Of a stretch of 64,000 nt of DNA, positions 1 through 14,440 are shown one piece after another (within the stretch, counting starts at the first letter, position 1; the number at the start of each line of letters is the position of its first letter). The stretch is taken from NCBI GenBank assembly GCA_963693365.1, contig CAVNZM010000009.1, positions 10,420,243 to 10,484,242 of the forward strand. The letters run 5' to 3'. A model generated the notes under the pieces. That model saw only the letters and a list, made by a program, of their open reading frames with translations. It searched no databases and was not told the origin of the DNA. This stretch comes from Amoebidium appalachense. Taxonomy: Eukaryota; Protista; Ichthyosporea. The translations under genes and the position numbers were made by a program.

Positions 1-821
1 CAGTAAACCAGAACAAGCAACGGCTGTTCATAAATCTCAAGAAGTAGGTGGACACAGCTGCCCTCTAAAGAAAGTAGGTTTGGGTTAATCTACTCTTTTC
101 TTCCACGTCTTTGAAATCTCTTACTGCCCGATTATAATTTCCCCGTCTTCCCTCTTGCACAACTACACAATGAAGAATCTCCATCAAGAATCTCCTAACA
201 AACATAACTGCATGCCGCCTACAGATGTAATATAAACCAACTTTATGACCAGTTTTCGACATCCTGCCGCGGATTCCTGCGTCAGTTTTTTTAGTCACAG
301 GTGGCTCAGAGCCCTCCAGACAGACTGCAAACTGATATGCAGCCAATCACCGCGCTTGAAAGGTTTGGCGAAAATAATGTACAGACAAACATATAAATCC
401 ACATTGAAAACATCCCAAAGTGTTATGATGCTAGCGAAGTCCAAGATCTCAGCTCAGAGGAGTGCAATCGCAGTTAGTTGGAGCGCAACAATTGGCAATT
501 TGGCCAAATCCCAACCAATCGCAAATGTAAAATTAAAGCATTGATGAGCCAGATCTGCACATCAGAATTTACCCAATCATCAAGCGGCAATGCTCCTCTA
601 TTCTAGTCGAACAATGGCGCTTAGATTGGTTAGAACTATAGTTAGTCTAATTCAATTGGTGCAGTGCATCGACGAAAAGTTTGACGTCACATTCCATTCC
701 AGAAATTAAGCGATATGATTGGTGCGGGGGCTCGACGAAAAGTCCCTTGGCTCACGGCTAGTATAGACTAGTGCTACCATGAATTATTATATTTCATAAT
801 ATAATATATATATGACTAGAA

Positions 822-854
<33 letters not shown>

Positions 855-2108
855 GAGATAGTGTGTATACATATATAGTATGATGATTAATATTCCATTC
901 TCTGTCATGGGTGCATGCAGTTGCATGCCAGACGTCCGATTGATACGCATTGCGCGAAGCGCGCCGGGCCGTGAGGTACGGTCATCACTCAAAACTGTAT
1001 CCATGAATCTCTGTTTGTCATCTTACAGGAAAACGATTTTCTATGTAAAAAAAACTGGTTTTGGCTACATCCCTACAGTAGAAAAATAGAGTGCATGCAT
1101 ATGCAACGTGGGACCATCAAATGACCCTCATTCCAGCAACCAATTTGAGAAATCAGTCGACTTTTTGATAGGGTACATATCAGCGCTTTATTACACCAAA
1201 AGACAATAACCAACCAGGTGTTTGTTTATGTAGCCATATATGGCTAAGATTTAGATTGATTTGTAGCGCAAACCAACCCGTGACTCATGTGAGCTTGCCT
1301 CAAGGAAGCTAACAAAAAAACTTCAACTGTTTTTTTTTACATTCCAAAAAAAAAAATATATATATATATTATTTGTTCTTATTTTTTTCATTCAATCTTT
1401 TTCTCTGAATTATCAGCACTTGGTTGTAGATGATTTACATTGTCCTGTCGCAGTGAGATCGAATCCACAAGGCAGTGCATGGTCAGGCGTGTCTGTCTGC
1501 GTTACCATCCGACAAAAACGATCATCCCTACTCCATGAGTAAGTAAATGATGGATAATCGTCTATAACTTTGTATTCATTACTTTTTGAGCTTCACTTTT
1601 TATGAGGCCAACACATGGACATCACAATCTTTTCGCCCTACCGCGCTGGTTGTGAAGGACGAATACTGCGGCAGACTGCGACACCTCCAGGCTGCGTGGT
1701 TGCTGATTGGATATCGTAGAGTAGGGCAAATCTATATACCAATCACGTCTTTTTCCATACCTCTATCCAGAGGAGAGCAGAGGTATGCAAAGCCTGCAAC
1801 TATGCCCGTTTCAGTTTTCGTCTCTGAGTACAGACGTTGGTCTGTGCATGAGTTGTGCTTGAGACTAATTTTAGGTCACGGTGCTGTAGGCTGTGCTTTT
1901 CATACTTTTTTGTGATTTAACGGTTTGAAGACGTTATAACTAATTTTTGGTGCAGCAATAGCAGATTTTTCAGACCGTTTTTTCAATTCATAGCAACTCG
2001 ACAGAAAATCGTAGCACTTTGACCTTGGAAATTTCGGTTTGAAGGATACACCATTATTCGCAGCACTCAAAGACACGCTTTTTCCCCTTTATATATACAC
2101 AATACATC

Positions 2109-5100
2109 ATGGGTCCAACCAGCACACTTAAGGCCACAGGGACAAACAAAGACCTCAGCACACGCGTGGAGAAGGCCGTGTGGGAGGAGATACGGCCTAC
2201 TCTCAACGCTATGAACATACATGAGCTTAGGGCCAAGTGTCTGGTCAATGCTCTGGACCCCTCTGGCCCTGCTGATGCGGTAGGCTACCACCGCTGTTTT
2301 CGACCTTTTTTTTTTTTTTTTTTTGCATCTTTCACACATTTTTAGTCTGCCTAGTTTCTTTCTTCTTACCCCTGTATATGTCATGGCGTTTTGCCCAGCT
2401 TTTTGGTTAAAGAGGCACCTGGGTGTGGTTTTTTGAAGGGCATGGTCTGGGGTAAAACTGAATTAGTAACAACGTTGATTTTGGTACATTTGCTTGCATG
2501 GTAACGCGGCGAAAGATATTTTTTTCATATTATTTTTATTCCAGCTCCCTTTCGTGGGGGCTTCACGGGCAGGCGTCTGGTTGAAACGTGATCTGGATAT
2601 GTCTGTAGGCAAGGAACGTGTTTATAGGACCAGAACCAAGAGTGTGAATGTAGCTTTTTGTATGCGCTGCTGCTAATTTATTACTTTCTGTGCCCTCACG
2701 AACAATTGGATTTCCTGCCTTTCCAACTGGTTATTGGCACTGGGTGGATCGCACATTTTTGGCTCTCGTTTCTTTTCTTTTTGGCCCTTTTGTTTCGTTT
2801 TTCCCTTTTGCTGCTGGGCGGAAGAAAGAAGGGGGAGGGGGAGGAGTATGGGTTGCACGATGTGGGGGAGAGCTGGCAGTGGCTTGTTGTGCGTTTTGGA
2901 AGTTGGACAGAGTTTTGGCACTAGCCCAACGTAACACTTCTCTTCTTCCCTCCACACTACAATTACACAGTTTGACTTAAATGTTGTGTTTGCTTACTGG
3001 CGCGTGTTGACCCTTCCCTCTAGCTATTTTACAATTAAAGAACATGGAGTCTGTTTTTCATCGCTTCGTCACGAAAAATGAGTGTGGTGGTTTTTGTTGC
3101 TTACCTTGCTGTTGTGTGCAGCTGAAGCAGAGGATAGTGCAGAACATTGCAGCACAGTCGCTCAAGGCGGTGCTCCAGCAAGACAACATGGAAGCAGCCG
3201 GTCCAGAAATGGCTCCTACAGAAAGCGACGAGGGGGAATCCTCAGAAACATCCCTGAGGTATGGTGCAGGTTTGGTGAGAGGTTTAGATTTGCTGCTGCA
3301 GTGGCTCGTGTTAGTATGTTTGCTTATGTTTATGTGTGTTTCGGTGCAGGCACTGGTGTTGGATAGGGTGAGTCCAGATCAGGAATGTGCTGGGTACCTC
3401 TTCTGAAGTCTTTTTATTAGGCAGTGTTGTATGTGTGTGTGTGTGTGTCATGTAGTGTGTGTGTGTGCGTGTGCATGTTTCTATTTTACATCATTGGTGA
3501 CTGCGCCGGAGGTAATCCTTTGTGACTAACCACAAGGCCGTTTGGCAAACACGTGTTGATAAGGTGGGCCCCTTTCTGGCCGCAGCTGCCCCAGCGCCAT
3601 CGACACATCAGACCGAGAGGGAGAGCGACAGATTATCTCAACATGGAAACCTGCAAAATTGTCTGCACCGGCACAGAGTGGACACACAGCTTCAGCCTGG
3701 GCTGGTCTACCAGCAAACATACTGCACCGGGTGATGGCATATGCTGGGCCTACGAGCGGCCAGGTGTTTAGCAGAGTAAGTGTCATGGTGTTGGCTTGGA
3801 TCTTTTGCGTTAAATGACTCGTGTATTTTGTGTGCGTGTGGGGGTGTTTGTGTTGGGTTTTGCCTTACTTCAATGCGTGTGGTGTCTATGTTTTATTTTT
3901 ATTTCCATTTTAATATTAATATTTTGTGTGTGTGTGTGTGTGTTTTTTTTTTTTTTGTTTTTTTTTGTTTTTTGTTTTTTTTTGGGGGGGGGGGGGTTCA
4001 AGTGAAAATTTTGCTTCCCTCCCCTTTTCAAGCCACTGCAGTGCATGTGCGCACTAAAGCCGTAAGCGTTTGCTGGCGCATTTCGCTTAACCATTTTTCC
4101 AAATGACACTCTCTGACAACCCCCCCCCCCCCCCCCCCCCCCCCTCCTCCATGAATTTTTTAAAAAAAAAAAAAAAAAAAAAAACTAGGTGTGCAAACGA
4201 TGGCGGCTTGCATCACACCAATGCCCCGGGGCGTGGACTGGGCTGCTACCGCACTACTTCAGCTGGGACAACGTCAGAGGTATCCCCATGACGGTGCTAC
4301 GCCTGGCCACAGACCTCGCCACTGCAGGTGTGTGGGTGTGCTTCTCTCTCCCTCTTCCCTCCTCCCCTTCCGCAAGTGGAACACACGTGTGACTGTCGGT
4401 ACCATGCACCCAACGAGGGATGTGAAGTTAGTAAAGGACTCTGCGCATGTGCATGTTTGCATGTATGAGTCTTAATTTCTGTGGCCTACATATCTGGGTT
4501 TGCCCTATCCACAACATAATCTCCAAAATGACCTACTTAAAACGTGGACGGGTACTTTGATAACCTAGCCTAACGAGATGCAATCACAACTGCTAAGCAT
4601 CCTTACCCAATCCTGGCACGTTAAATCACCTGCACACTTTCATACACCATCTCATTTGTCTGCTTTTTCTCATTTTTGTTCCCCCCTTTTTTTTCCTCCT
4701 TCTTACAGACCCTGAGAAAATGGACCACCGCTACTATCTTCCAGAAGACGTGGACGTAGGAGACTGCACGTCCTACTATGAGGACAGTGGGAGCGACTAC
4801 AGTGCCAGTGAGTGGGAGAGCACAAGTGATGACAGTGACTTTGACCCTGAGGATATCTGCCAGAGGGCAAGAGCAACAAGGCACAGGCCGGACCAGGACA
4901 GGACCTGGCAGGTGTGTGGGTGTGTGTGTGCTTTTTTTTTTTTGTGGGGAGGGGAAGGTGGAGGTATGGGGTGAGGGGGTTGGAATGTATTTGCTTGTGC
5001 ACGTGTATGTGTGTGCCAGTTTGCCAGTCAGCCAGCCCATAATAATGTAGTGCCGTTTTGTATTGTATATGGGTGTGTCTGTGTCTGCGTCGTGTGTGTG

Positions 5101-6641
5101 TGTGTGTGTGTGTGTGGTTGTGTGTGTGCGTGTTTGCGGTTGCGGGTGTGGTTCTGCGTTTGTGTGCATGTCTGGATTCGGGGGCACATGTGGGGGTATT
5201 TTGTAAATTGTACGTGTCTTATGTATGTGTTGCAAGGAGTACGTCAGTGCGCCTCCCGGCCAGACTTTCCCAGTTGTGGGTTTATATTTTCTTCATGCAG
5301 GATGTGTGATATGGTTGTCACAATAATGCACCTTGCACACAACACCACCTTTTCTCTCACACATGCCCACACCCTCACACCCGTTCCTCCTTTTCAGGTA
5401 TGGGCAGCGCGGTGTCGTGCCATTAAGAAATACCGGTACGGTGGTGTTGACTTCGGCCCTCAAACCGACGTCGGTCTCTTTGTCGAACTCTGCCGCATAT
5501 GCACGGAGGTTCGCACCGTGCGGCTTACGGGCCTATTGCCAGGGTCGCTGTTCCGTTCCATCGGAAGCAACTTCAAGCATCTTGACACGCTGGTGTGTGG
5601 GTTCAGCCAGGCAAACCCGGCGGATTTCTTGTTTGTCGCAAAGGGGTGTCCCAACCTGTCTACCATCATCTTTGAAAAGTACGTTTTCCTTTTTTACAGA
5701 CCATCTCTCCCTCCCCCCCAGCACACACACACACACAAGTCGACATGCACACGCTGGGGTTAGATGGTGCACCTTGTATGCATGATGGGACTCGCTTTAG
5801 GGTGTAAGGTAGGAGCAAAGATAAGTCCTCCTACACCACACACCGCTCTAAGTTGAGCTTTTCCCCTCTCGTTTTGCCTTGTCGAGTGCTTGGAGCGCGT
5901 GCAGGCACACACACACACATGCACACATGCATAAGCATGTGGCTTTCATCACTTGCTTCATACACCTGCATGAAATGTTTGTCTCCACACCACTCAATCT
6001 CACTTGCATGATGGTTTCCCCTCGCATCCACACGTACACATACACACACACACACCCATTCTAACCCACATCTACCCCCAGGAGTGACTGGGTGCGGGAG
6101 GAGGTGATAGGGCACATAGCCGGCAACTGTCTGCAACTTAGGGTGCTGGACATGGATGCATGCCCCTGGGTCGAAGGAAGGAGCATAGCCGTGCTGGCAA
6201 AAGGCTGCCCCAATCTGGAGCGCATACACTTGACTGGGTATGGTGTGTGTGTGTGTGTGTCGGGGTGGGTGGGTGTGTGTGTGTGCGTCGGCGTGTGTTT
6301 GGGTATGTGTAGGTTTGGGTGAATGGGTGTGTGTGTGTGCAGGCGGTCGTGAGGGTGTGTGCTTGTGTCTCGGTGTGGGTGGGTGAGTGTGTGTTTGTTT
6401 GTGTGCAGGCATTTTCACGTGTGTTGTCCTGATGCATGTGTGGGTGGGTGGTTGTTCATTTGCTTTTGTGTGGCATGGCATTTGAACTGAAAGTGTCTGT
6501 AGGGTGGCATGGGTGTCTGAAGTCCGTGTGGGTGTGTTGGCGCGGGTGTGCCATACTGCACGCGCACACAGTGTCACACACCCGTTTTTATCAGATTAGA
6601 TAGCTCATCATGCTCGCACTTACCCATCGATACCCCCCCCC

Positions 6642-6682
<41 letters not shown>

Positions 6683-6940
6683 CCCAGTGCGTGGCTGGAA
6701 GGAGGGTCCTTGGAAGCGCTCGCACGACACAGCCACAAGCTTACATGTCTCGAGCTGGGCAGCTGCTACGGTGTAAGAGACGAAGGACTTGCCATGCTTG
6801 CAGCTGACGGGGCATGCCCTGCACTCAAACATCTGTTTGTGGGGCATGCGGACTGCACGCAGCAGGCCGTGAGGAATTTCAAGTCACGCCGCCCCGACTG
6901 TAGTATTGCTATGGCGGAGGATGATGATGATAATTGGTAG
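2109..6940 (+). CDS. F-box/leucine-rich-repeat protein with N-terminal SAP-like motif (8 exons)
   Basis: Phase-consistent GT-AG exons 2109-2279, 3122-3258, 3586-3775, 4189-4327, 4709-4911, 5398-5678, 6082-6237, 6688-6940. The spliced product has a SAP-like LNAMNIHELRAKCLVNALDPSGPADA|LKQRI, an F-box WAGLPANILHRVMAY...FSR|VCKRWR, an acidic linker, and cysteine-containing LRRs (VAKGCPNLSTI, IAGNCLQLRVLDM, LAKGCPNLERIHL, HSHKLTCLELGSC). Confidence 0.85.
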
Positions 6941-7982
6941 ATCGCGTGTAAGCGTGTGCGATCGGGGGGCTAATCGGTGATCGGTCAGGCGTGATTGGAC
7001 GTGTTGTTGGTGTATGTTTGTGGTGGTGGTGGTGTGGGTGGGTGGGTGGGTGGGTTTTTGGTGGGGGGGGGGGGGGGGGGGGGGGGTATAAATGAATTGT
7101 TGGTGTGGCTTGGTATTGGAACTAACTGATAGATGGATTAATGTGTGGTTTGAGTAAGATGGTGTTTTGTTGTTGCAAACGTGTACGCGCGCACACTTTG
7201 ACGATAATTGGAAAGTTAGAAACTTTATGTGCTGGCAACCTTTGTAGCATTGGTTGATATTGCCTTATGCTTTTGTTTTTCTGCCCGTAGGGTTTAACGT
7301 TGTTTGGATCTTGCTTGAGCCCCCATCTATTTTTTTGCAGTTTTATCAGAGCCACCTAGGCATTTAGATACATGCAACACCATGTCTTTTTTTGGTGTGA
7401 TATCTTGAAATATGCTAGAGTAAACGTGCATTAATGCCTATGTTAAACCCTTTTACGGCACCTAAAAACGTATTTTCTGTTTTTTTACCTTTTTTTTGCC
7501 CTGCCCTTGATATAACTGTTATTTCTCAGCTGCCCGCCTCACCTCTCCAATATATCTAGGGTGATAATTAAGGGATATTTTTTGCATATCCCATTTTTCC
7601 CTCATGTATGGTGCCGTGGTTGTTGTACTGTTAGTGGTGTGGGATATGGCCCGGTGTGTCTCCCACGAATTAATTAAGAATACATAAACCCTGCCTTATG
7701 ATAATCTGTATCTCAAACCCCCCCCCCTCCCCCCCCTCCCCGGCGCGCAGGCGGGTGCGAACGCGAGCACGCCCTGAAGAAAATCAAAGAATGGGCGTGC
7801 ATTTATATTGATGATGGGCCCTGCATACTCGTGTGTGCACGTCGCGTCGTCTGTGCTTTCTAATTTGCAAAATCTGTCTTGTGTTGTCCGTTGTGAATGC
7901 GCACTTCAAGTTGGTACTTGTACAGCATTCTAACATGTTCGGTCCTAGGCTACCCGCCCCTCCCTCTTCCCCCTCCGGCCCG

Positions 7983-8021
<39 letters not shown>

Positions 8022-8838
8022 CGGACACAGGTGGTGTACATACACACAAGCACTCACCCAGTGTTACTTGAATTCGAAATCTGTGTGCAGTTCAGGGGTA
8101 ACAGCTAAAAAGCCTTCAATTAATCGATCATGACAGGGGGGAAGATTTTGACTTGAGGTTCGATCCGGCACGGTTATATTTTGGGTGGAACAATAAGTGT
8201 GAATCGTGGAAGCTTGTATGTCTTTTTTGTTTTCTTGTTTTCTTGTTTTCTTGTTTCTTTTGTGATGTGTGTGGGTGTAGGTGTGGTCAGGGATGGGTGG
8301 GTGGGTGGGTGGGTGGGCTTATAGTTTCATGATATCAAGCTTAAGATATGCACCGCCGTCAGAAGTTCACTCTCTGCTCAGGCCTAGCTACGGCTACTGT
8401 AACACACCATGCCATATCGACAATGGCATGAACGTCATGCATGATGCATGCTGCTAACAATGTTAACGGCCGTTAATTATTCCACCTATATTACCACCCT
8501 CATCTCCGCTCTATAGCTAAACATATTTCACATACATGTAAACATAATTGTAATCCACTTGCGGTTGCAATTGACCCCTCCCACCCTCCAACACTTTCAT
8601 GCTTTTGAAATTGAGACTCCCCGATATGGCATCTGTTAAACTTTGTCTCTTGTGAATCCTCAGGCTGAGTTAACAGCTACAAAGGGATGACTCTGAAGGG
8701 ATTTAATTGCAATTGCCGCCTTCTCTTCAAATTTGAACGGGTTGATTCCCTTCCATTTCTAGGTGTATGGAAGGTAATTATTAGCTTTGAATCTTGTGTT
8801 ACAAGGATAGATAGATACCAGTCGACAGAGGCTTGGTC

Positions 8839-8880
<42 letters not shown>

Positions 8881-9788
8881 CTCCCTCCCTACCTTCCCCA
8901 CCGTTGAAACATGAGCAGAATGACGTTGCTACCAGCAAAATCCAAGAATCTGCAAAAAATCGTATAGTTTACTCCCTTCAGCAGAAAATTTGCCTTCAGC
9001 AGAATTATTGTGCAGAACATAGAATTCATACTTGTGTAAAAAGCAGAAATCCCCCCCTCAGATATATTTTGCTGCATTCAATTGATTTCTACTTGTAGAA
9101 TAATTCTACTTGAAAATGGGCTGTTCTGCTTTTAGCCGAGCTATCCTACTATAGCAGAGCAGAATTATTCTGCAAAACACAGAGCCGCTCCGCAAGACAG
9201 CTGTTGTGTGCCGAGTAGAATGATTCTGATGATATGGCTGGGCCCTTCCACGACGTCGTGTTTTGTGTAGGTAATCCCTTAGTACACTACAAATTGCAAC
9301 ACCTGGGAGGGCACCTACATATCGTGCCTCTCGTCTATTGCGTAGCTACAGCCATACTGGAAAACGCAGTAAGCCATGCATACACACGAGGGGCTGTTCT
9401 CCTAATCTCCCACAGTAGGTGAGTTGTTCCACTAATTATTAGATAAACACACAATACAAACAATCACAGTACCTTCACCTGGGCGTTACACTATCTTCGA
9501 AGGAGAATATTGTGTACCAATGCCCAGGTAATATTGGGGGAGGGGGGGGGGGGGGGGGGGTGGGGGGTGGCATGGTTAGAATCGTGTGCCACGGTTTTTG
9601 CCGAATGTTGTTTGGTGTGTGTGTGTGTGCGTGTGGGTATGTGTGTGTGTGTGTATGTGTTCGTGCGGAATGGGTTCGTGAGTGCTTGCCAATGTTTGTG
9701 TGCACACATGATTTTTCGTGTATGTGTGTGTGTGACATGCGTGTGTGTGGGGGTGTTTGTGTCACCGGGTGCGCGTTCATTGTTGTTG

Positions 9789-9917
<129 letters not shown>

Positions 9918-10354
9918 TGCGCGTGCGCGCGCGTGCGCGGGTGTCTGCACCTGCGTATGCGCTCATGTATGGATGTGTGTGTGTGTGTTTTCAGGCCGGC
10001 GGGGGTTGGAAGGGGGGGGTGATTGGAAGGGGAGGAGAAGGAGAGTCATACGATTGTCTTTGATACTATTTTATTAATGATTTAAAACTTTGCCAAGTGC
10101 AGGTGAAATCCGAGCCAGCGGCTATATCTATGCATTTCTAGTAGTAACCATCAAATATATACAAAAAATGTCCCTGAAAATCTTATGTACAAATTTCGTA
10201 TCTGCTCGTTCACTGGACGAGACTCCACTATTCAAAATCTGTTCCATACCTCGTTGCTAACTCAAAGACCTAAAAAATGGGCTATAACTCAAAATTATTC
10301 CTCTTTTTTTTTTCCGCCTTATATTCCTCTTTTTTTTTTCCCGCCTTATTCTTT

Positions 10355-11638
10355 TTATGTGGACGAAGGACGGAGGGGCGCCGTGGGGGCCGCCGTCGGA
10401 GCAGGGACACTAGATGACTCAGTCAAGAAACCAAAGTCCGAGGGGAAAGCAAAAGCATCACTCGAAGAGGATGGGGCTACAGATGCCGCATTGGTAGGCG
10501 GAGCCGAAGGGAACGGGTTGTCCGTAAGAACCCCCCCTTGAGATGCGCTATCGCTCCCCGCTGGGGTAGCAAACGGGTCAGCAGCTGATTCCGACCCCAG
10601 TGGCAAATTCGTATCAAACCCCCCCGTGGGAAGAGCACCTCCGGTCTCACTACCAGAGACAGGGAAGGAAACGAAATCGGTGGGATTTGTGGACGGGGGG
10701 AATGCAGCAGACGTTTCAGGAGCAATGGGAAATGTGATAGGTTCGGTAGCGACCGGGATAGATTCAGCTGGGGTGGTGGCAGCTTCGGTAGGAATATCGG
10801 GTTGGGCGGGAGTGGTTGCGGCGGGTTCAGAGGTAGCGGGAGTGGTTTCGGCGGGGGCGGCGGTGGTGGCGGGGGGGATGGACTCAGCGGGCGTGGTGGT
10901 GGGGGTGGCTGACGTGGTAGGCGTGGTGGTGGATGTGGAGGGCTTGGTGGTGGGTTTGCCTGTGGGTGGGAGGGGGTAGTGTTAGAGGGTGCATGTAGGG
11001 TTTTATGATATGAACAAGGAAAATTCATGTTTTATAAAGATAGACAGGGAAGAGGGGGGGAAAGGGATGGCAGGAGGGGTTGGTTAGAAACATAGAATAT
11101 GCTTGGGTACTCAGTAAGGGATGGGGGGGGGGGGTTTGAAGATTTTTTTTTTTTTTTTTTTTTGGGGGGGGGGGGGGGGGGGAAGGGGTGAGCAGGGAAA
11201 GGAAGTGCTGGGTTAGGTGGCACGGATAAATGGTGGCGCTTGCACGTGTGTGTGTGTTCGTTCCTGTGTGGAAGGAATGAGAGGATTAGGGAAGGAAGGG
11301 GGGAAGGGGGGGGGGGGGGGGGGGGGGGAGGAGCAAGAAGAGAAAACAGGGAGAGAAAGGGTGGGACTCGCAGGGCGGAGAAGGAAAGAAGGGGGCAGGG
11401 GGGAGGGGAGGGAGAGGAAGCAAACATACCCCCACACTTCTCCTCTGATCCCGGGGTGTCACAGAAGCTAACCTCCTGCATGCGCTTGTTCATGGGTGGA
11501 CGGTCCACACCCCCAGCGGCACACCAACTGCGTGCACTCTCATCCGCGTCTCGTGTGGCCTCTACCTTGCTGTCACTGCCTGGGCCCACACACACCTGCG
11601 CTTTCTGTGGGGGGAGGAGGTAGGAGGTGTGAGAATGT

Positions 11639-11684
<46 letters not shown>

Positions 11685-13530
11685 TGTGTGCATGTGTGTG
11701 TGTTTGGGGGGGAGGGGGAGGGGCGAGGAGAGGGGGGAGGAAGAGGGGGTTTTCGAGGGTAGGGAGTGTCCAACTAAGACTGACAATGCCACTGCGAGTT
11801 GTAGAGAGGAACGAGAGAAGTGTGTGTGCGGAAGAGAGAGATGAGTCACTGGGAAAAGAGGATGGGAAGCGGAATGTAATGAAACGGGGGGGTGGGAGCC
11901 GTGTGGGGGGGGGGGGGGGGGAGGGGGGGGGGGGGAGGGAGATGGGTTGGCTACCTCGACATTGAGCAGATTCTTTGTGAACATCTGGTAGGCAGCCCCA
12001 GGGAATCCATGGTCAAGACAGTCCGTGGCCGTGGCTAGGTTCCCATCGGCCTTGTAGTATTCGGGCACTAAAAGGTACATGGGTTAGTAAAGGGATTTGA
12101 TTGGCTCCGGGGAGTATAAATTTGAATAAATTAGACGAGGGGTTGGAAGGGGGGGGAGGGGGGGGAGGGGCAGGGGGGGGGGGGGGGGGGTGGGATAGGG
12201 GCGCCCGGGGGGGGGGGGGGGGGGGGGGGGGGCAATGGGGGTCAGGTTTGTGGCTGCAGCATCACGCAAGAGAAACTCTTAATGCTCAGGCTCGAAGGAC
12301 AACGGTGTGAGAATAATTAAGTGAGAACGCTTGTGTATCGGTGTGGGTGCTGATGTGTGGTCATATTGCCGAGAAGACAGCTCTACTACGTGTTGTGTAT
12401 GCGCATCTAACTGTGTGGTGTGTGAGTGTGCTTGTGTGCGCATCTATTTATAGTGTGTATGTGTGTGTATGTATGTGTGCAGAGGTGTGTGTGTGTGTGT
12501 GTCTTCATGTTTTTCTGCATGTATATATTCATTTGTGGTTTTATGGAACACCTACCAGTCAGGCATTGCTGTGTCTTCCTATTGACCCACATGCCCATTG
12601 TGGGCAGCCACAACTGTGTGTCATCACCACTGCACTCATCTAGACTTAGTGCCGAACCGTCCTTCTGTGTGATGCACTTCTGTCCCTCGGTGCTACGGAG
12701 AACATAGAAATCACTGGGTTCGGCATCTGTGAATGGGGGAGGGGGGAGGGGGGAGGGGAGGGGGGAGAGAGGGGGGAGGTGGGAGGAGGGATGGGGGAAG
12801 GGGGGGAGGGGGGGGGAGTGGGGTTAGACGAAGGTGTGTGTTAGTGAGTGAGCGGTGACAGTGGAAGGGGGTGGAGGGGTGGAAAGGGGGAGGGTTTGAG
12901 TATAGGTAAGCTACGTACAGTGCTATAACGAGAAAAGGTGGGAAAGGGATGGGAAGTATGGAGGGGTTGGGTAAAGGGTGGATGCGCAAAAGAGGATGAA
13001 AAACGGGCTGCTCATAACCCACGAGAAAGGAGGGAAGGGGGCGGAAACACGTGTAGAGGAAGAGTGACGGGAGACTGGGAGGGATGGGGGGGTCCATACC
13101 ACATGGGATGTAGTTGCACTGGCCCGACGACGGAGGAATATCATCCAAATTGCAGCATGCCATATCGAACCCCCCCTCATCGGCCTTGCACTCAAACGTG
13201 TAATCCTTCACACCGCACCCACACGGCTTGGAGCACTCTGTCGTGTTTGCAATCTTCCACATACCCTGCGCCTTATCCAAAGAGCAATATTTCGCATATG
13301 AAACCTTTTCATTTTTCAGTGTGTCACCAATTACACACCAGTCAGTGTCGGCGGCGTTGAAAGAACATACGTCCCCCGGGTTGTTCTTGCACGGGCCAAT
13401 GCATGCATCAACGTAATAGTTGACAAATTCGCCCGGTGGTGGGGGGAATCGTTGGTAGTTGTTTGTGGCCTTGCTGCATTCCTGAAGCGCTGCCTTGTTG
13501 TCTTGGTCGGCGTTGAGCTTCAGATTGCTG

Positions 13531-13585
<55 letters not shown>

Positions 13586-14330
13586 TGGTGGTGGTGGTGA
13601 TAGGTAAGTTTAGAAAGAACAAACAACAGGACCCGCCGGGTGCTCTTTGTAGCATCAAGTGTCCTCAGCCTTTGAGGCACTCGGGGGGGAGGGGGGGGGG
13701 GGGGGGGGGGTATGAATTGCCGTGGGTGTGTGTCACAATGTGTATCGATTGAGGTGGTAGATTAAACGAGGGGCACTAGTAATGTGGCAACAGGCTATCA
13801 TGCATTGACAGAGCACACACTAGCATGCACCCCCACAACAACAAATACCAGCATTGTGCACTCTTTTCACGATCCTCTCATTCTCTGACCCCCTCCTTTC
13901 TCCATCCTTCCTTCCTAAGGGCTCCCCCAACCAGGGCCAATACATGGGCGCACTGCCGTGACGTGCACAACCACACACGAACACTCACATGCACACGTGC
14001 ACGGCCACACACGACACTCACATGCACACGTGCACATCCACACACGCACACACACGTGCATGCACACCCACCTGTCAAGCACGTGCCGGTCAGGGCGTTG
14101 ACCCACTGTCTCTTAGTGCGGCTATCCATCTTCCACATCTGCCCCTTGTCGCCATTGCAGTCAGCAACAGCCAAATCCGTCGAGTTATCCCCCTTTGCCC
14201 CAATGCATTTTTCCTGGTCTTTGAGTTTTAGCACCCACATGTTTCCGAGCATGTCTTGTTCTTTGGGTGTGCTTGCGGCCTGTGCAAGGGCAGACGCCCC
14301 CACTAGGCTTAGAAATATAATACGGTGCAT
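10355..14330 (-). CDS. Secreted protein: signal peptide, ricin-B-type lectin repeats, TSP1-like module, Ser/Thr/Pro mucin-like tail (6 exons)
   Basis: Exons 14330-14072, 13531-13100, 12726-12556, 12067-11955, 11604-11430, 10959-10355 splice in frame. Signal peptide MHRIIFLSLVGASALAQA; two ricin-like KCI...DC..D..QxW...WVN..T..CLT segments; TSP1-like WKIANTTECSKPCGCG...CNYIPC; C-terminal exon KPTTKPSTSTTTPTTSATP...PSST*. Confidence 0.8.
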
Positions 14331-14432
14331 CTTTGTGTATTGAACGCGTCTATGTGTGTGGGTAGTTGTGCACGTCGGTGAAGTGTGGGAAGGGAGTGGT
14401 ATGATTCGTGAAATTCTGAGCTTGGGGAGCGG

Positions 14433-14440
14433 TTTATATA
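14433..14440 (-). promoter_or_regulatory. Putative TATA box of the lectin gene
   Basis: TATATAAA on the minus strand, about 100 bp upstream of the ATG at 14330. Confidence 0.4.

Noticed and set aside
3553-3771. ORF LIRWAPFW...RPGV as the terminal exon of a separate SAP gene
   Set aside because: The alternative frame from acceptor 3585 gives a clear F-box that continues into VCKRWR.
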